A stretch of 64,000 bases of DNA from the human T2T-CHM13v2.0 reference genome, Homo sapiens, in assembly GCF_009914755.1 (NCBI RefSeq), contig NC_060926.1; one strand, written 5' to 3'. The position numbers and the translations under genes are program-made. Shown here one piece after another: positions 59,521 through 64,000 of this stretch. How positions within the stretch are numbered: the first letter of the stretch is position 1; the number at the start of each line of letters is the position of its first letter. The notes under the pieces were generated by a model. It did not search any database. It was not told the DNA's origin and saw only the letters and a list, made by a program, of their open reading frames with translations.

Positions 59521-60523
59521 AAAACAACCATTTTCTAAAACAAAAAATCAGAGATTTTTGCAGTTCTTCTTAATATATGGTTTAGTAGAAGACAGCTGGG
59601 TTCTTATTCCTATTTCTACATTCAGTCTGTTGTGATGTGTTGTTTTGGTTGAAGTATGTGAAGAATACCTGGACTTAAAGATATGTAGTTGGGAAAGGTA
59701 GATGTATCTTAATGTGTTTTCCAGAAAACTATAAATATTCTTCTTTGATAGTATAGCAAAAGTCAACAAGCAGTCTTTTTTTAATGTCAGTGGACTTTTT
59801 ATACACAGTTAATGTTAACATCTATTAATCTCTTCCTTTGAATGGCTGTTTCACCCATACACGGTTTTTTATCATGCATTGGTCATTTGGAATTTACTGG
59901 TCCACTGATGTACGGAGATCTTGCAAGTGTTTACACATGTCATTATGGAATATTAAAAACCCACATTTGTTAATGTTTTTATTGATCCCCTCAGAAAAAT
60001 TATTAGCTATTGGGAAGATGTAAGGTTCATAGTGGACTATACATGTTTTCCAAAATACTAACAATATTAACTTAAAAGCTTGAATTTTATCATTGGCAGC
60101 ACATACTGTCATTTGATTTTCTTGAAGTGAAAGACTCTGTCCATTTTTGAGAAAATGTCTACAAGTACTTAATTCAGAAAAACCACACGTTGTCAGTCAT
60201 ACTTTTGTATCAAAATGGCGCTCTATGAAAAAGTGCCTAGTTCAGCCTGCAACTCAAATGAGAATCACACAAGTTTCTTCCCGCCTTTTTGCCCCAGAAG
60301 TGCTGCATGTGTACTTCTCATTCCATCATCTGGATGTTTACTCGAGGGTAGAGGTTTAATGAAGTTAATGACTTTTATGCTTCATCAAGGATAGTCATCA
60401 GTGAAACTTTTTCCTTCTAATCGCGACTGTCTGCTGGTGAAGAAGACAGTGTCCATGAGTAGAGTTTGGTGCCACTGTCTTGTTTCCTGCTAAGCCTCCG
60501 GCAGTTTTACGCACCATTGCTTT

Positions 60524-61673
<1,150 letters not shown>

Positions 61674-62339
61674 GCACCATTGCTTTTTTACCATCAGTAC
61701 AAATATCAGCACAGTGACAAAGGCAAACGTCTTACTATTGTTACGAAGAGTTTTGACTTCATACCTTCCTAAATTGGATTCAGGGACCCTCAAAAATCTG
61801 CAGATGGCCCTTCGCGAATCGCTGCCTGAGGTACTGTCAGGCCTACGGGAGCTAGATTCCTGCCTCATCTGAGCTCCCACTGGCTGGAAAGGGAAATGTG
61901 GAGGAAGCACACCTGCTTCTTACTGCAAGGGGGCTGAGAAGCACTGGCTGGCTGGATCGTCAGACTTCCAGCTGAAAAACCCATTACCTTGGAACAAGGG
62001 AAGAACAAGATTTTGGTTTATTGTTTTAAGTCCATTGTTTTATTTTCATGTGTCCTCTACCTTCATAATATGTTTCTTTCCCCCCTGAGTAGTTGTTCAA
62101 TGTAGGAATGAGAAGACCTGTCTGTACACAGTAATTACACTTTTACTGCCAGCTCTCCATTCCTGGTGGGGGTTGGGAGCCTTGAGGAGGTGGCGTGGCT
62201 CCAGAAGCCCTCGTAAAAATCCCTGGGAGGAACACAAAGGCTCTTTAGACAGACCTTTGTATTAGTCACTAATTGGGAAGACAATATGCATCAACTCCTT
62301 GGAATAATTGACGTTTTCATAGGATTAAAAGTAAAGAGA

Positions 62340-63005
62340 TCCTATGATCCAGCAATCCCACTACTGGGTATGTATTCAAAGGGAAGGAAATCAGTATGTC
62401 AAAGAGATATCTGCACTCCCATGTTTATTGCAGCAACATTCAAAATAGCCAAAATATGGAATTAACCTCAGTGTCCATTGAATGAATGGATAAAGAAAAT
62501 GTGGCATATATACACAATGGAATCCTATTTGGCCATGAAAAAGAATGAAATCCTGTCATTTGTAGAAATATGGATGAACCTGGAGGACATCATGTTAAGC
62601 AAAATACACCAAATACAGAATGACAAATACTGTATGATCTTATTCGTGTGGGATCTATTTTAAAAAGTTATCATAGAAGCAGAGATTACAGCAGTAGTTA
62701 CCAGAGATTGGGAAGGGAGGGTGGGGAGACGTTTGTCAACAAGTGTAAAGTTACAGTTAGATGGGGGGAATAAGTTCTGGGGCTCTATTGCAAAATAGGG
62801 CAACTATGCTTAACGGTAGGATATTGTATATTACAAAATAGAAGAGAGGCTTTTGAGTGGTTTCACCACAAAGAAACAATTACATGCATGAGGTGATGGA
62901 TATATGAACTACCCTAATTTGGTCATTATCCAATATCTACACGTGTTAAAACATCAAATTGTACTCCATAAGTATGTACAATTACAATGTGTCAATTAAA
63001 AAATA
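62340..63005 (+). mobile_element. L1MA-type 3' fragment
   Basis: TATGATCCAGCAATCCCACTACTGGGTAT...GAGGTGATGGATAT...TGTCAATTAAAAA, with AAA(G/A)TAAAGAGA on both flanks. Confidence 0.85.
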
Positions 63006-64000
63006 AAGAGACTGTATGTATATCCAGATGTGTCTATTAGGGGTTGTTAAAATAGAATTTCCCATCTTTTCTCTCTTTCTCATCTGTGGCTTCTACTCGT
63101 AATCTCGCTCTGTGTGACAAAACTGTATCTTAGTCATGAAAAACAGTTTATTTGAAAATATTGTTCAGGGAGATTAGTACCTCGCTCATACACAGATAGG
63201 ACATGGTTCAGAGAGGCTTGGAATCAGGTCATTGGCCAACGCTGTCAATTCTCTTTATAGTGTTTATGAGGTTTACGATGAGCATCTCATACAGCAATGC
63301 CTGAAACTACAAGTGGGACTTATATTGTGCCTGACATCAAGAAAAGGGCCAATAAATATTAGTTTACTCTTTGGTTACTTGCCTCTTTTCACTGATCCAC
63401 ATTGTTCTTATTTATGAGCAATATCCTTTAAGCTGCAGCCTCCTATGTGCTTAGAAGTCTTTTTAAACGTTGATGACTGATTAGGAAAATCAATACCAAA
63501 GAGCATGAAACCGCAGGGAAGCATGATAAGCACTTCTTAAATATTGGAAGTAATTTACGAACTACGGCATTTTCAAAGAGTCTGGAGTTCTGTGGAGAGA
63601 AAGACTCACAAATGCTTAAAATCATTTTTGGAGGCAGAAAGCCAGCAAACTAGAGCCTGGAAGATTGGGCAAGAGGCAGAAAGACAGAGGGGTCTGAGTA
63701 GTTCCGGCAAGGAGATAGGAATGAATAGAACACAAAGAAGTTGGCCTGGGGAGAGCAGGGGATGCTGGCTGGGAAGAGTGGACTTAGTCGTGCACGGTCA
63801 CAGTGGTCTGCCAAGCAGGCAGGAGCCTGGAAATCCAGGCACGGGCATCTCACCTTCTCAGCTGAAAATAGGGAGGAGGCATTTGAACTTTTTTCATCTG
63901 GAGAATAATGCAAGGAAAGGGATGATAAGGAAAAATGATGATGTTGGAGAAATGGCTTGGTCCATGAGCTATAGGAAAGCATAGGTTCTTCCCTCCATCT

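Overview
This is primate (most likely human) intronic DNA from CERS6 (ceramide synthase 6), transcribed on the + strand. The only host coding sequence I can support is one 58-nt exon at 14459-14516, which encodes WRFSFYLYVFTYGVRFLKK. It is too short to appear in the ORF track. The rest is intron filled with transposable-element remnants. These include decayed L1s, about 15 Alu/FLAM copies (many with readable target-site duplications, TSDs), solo LTRs (LTR12C, THE1, MER41A, MLT1), hAT DNA-transposon relics (MER30, MER45A, MER5C-like, Charlie1), and MIR/L2 fragments. Apart from L1 ORF2 remnants, the listed ORFs are chance or repeat-derived. I see no CRISPR array, RNA gene or new multi-gene system. 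The best leads are small-scale: a candidate cryptic CERS6 exon with tandem poison/in-frame acceptors, a CpG-retaining hairpin outside recognisable repeats, an antisense LTR12C promoter, a perfect 32-bp inverted duplication inside an old L1, a three-Alu inverted cluster inside a four-level nested transposon stack, a ~585-bp AT block beside the exon, and an Alu whose tail is poly(C). Gene and repeat names come from recalled sequences, not database searches.
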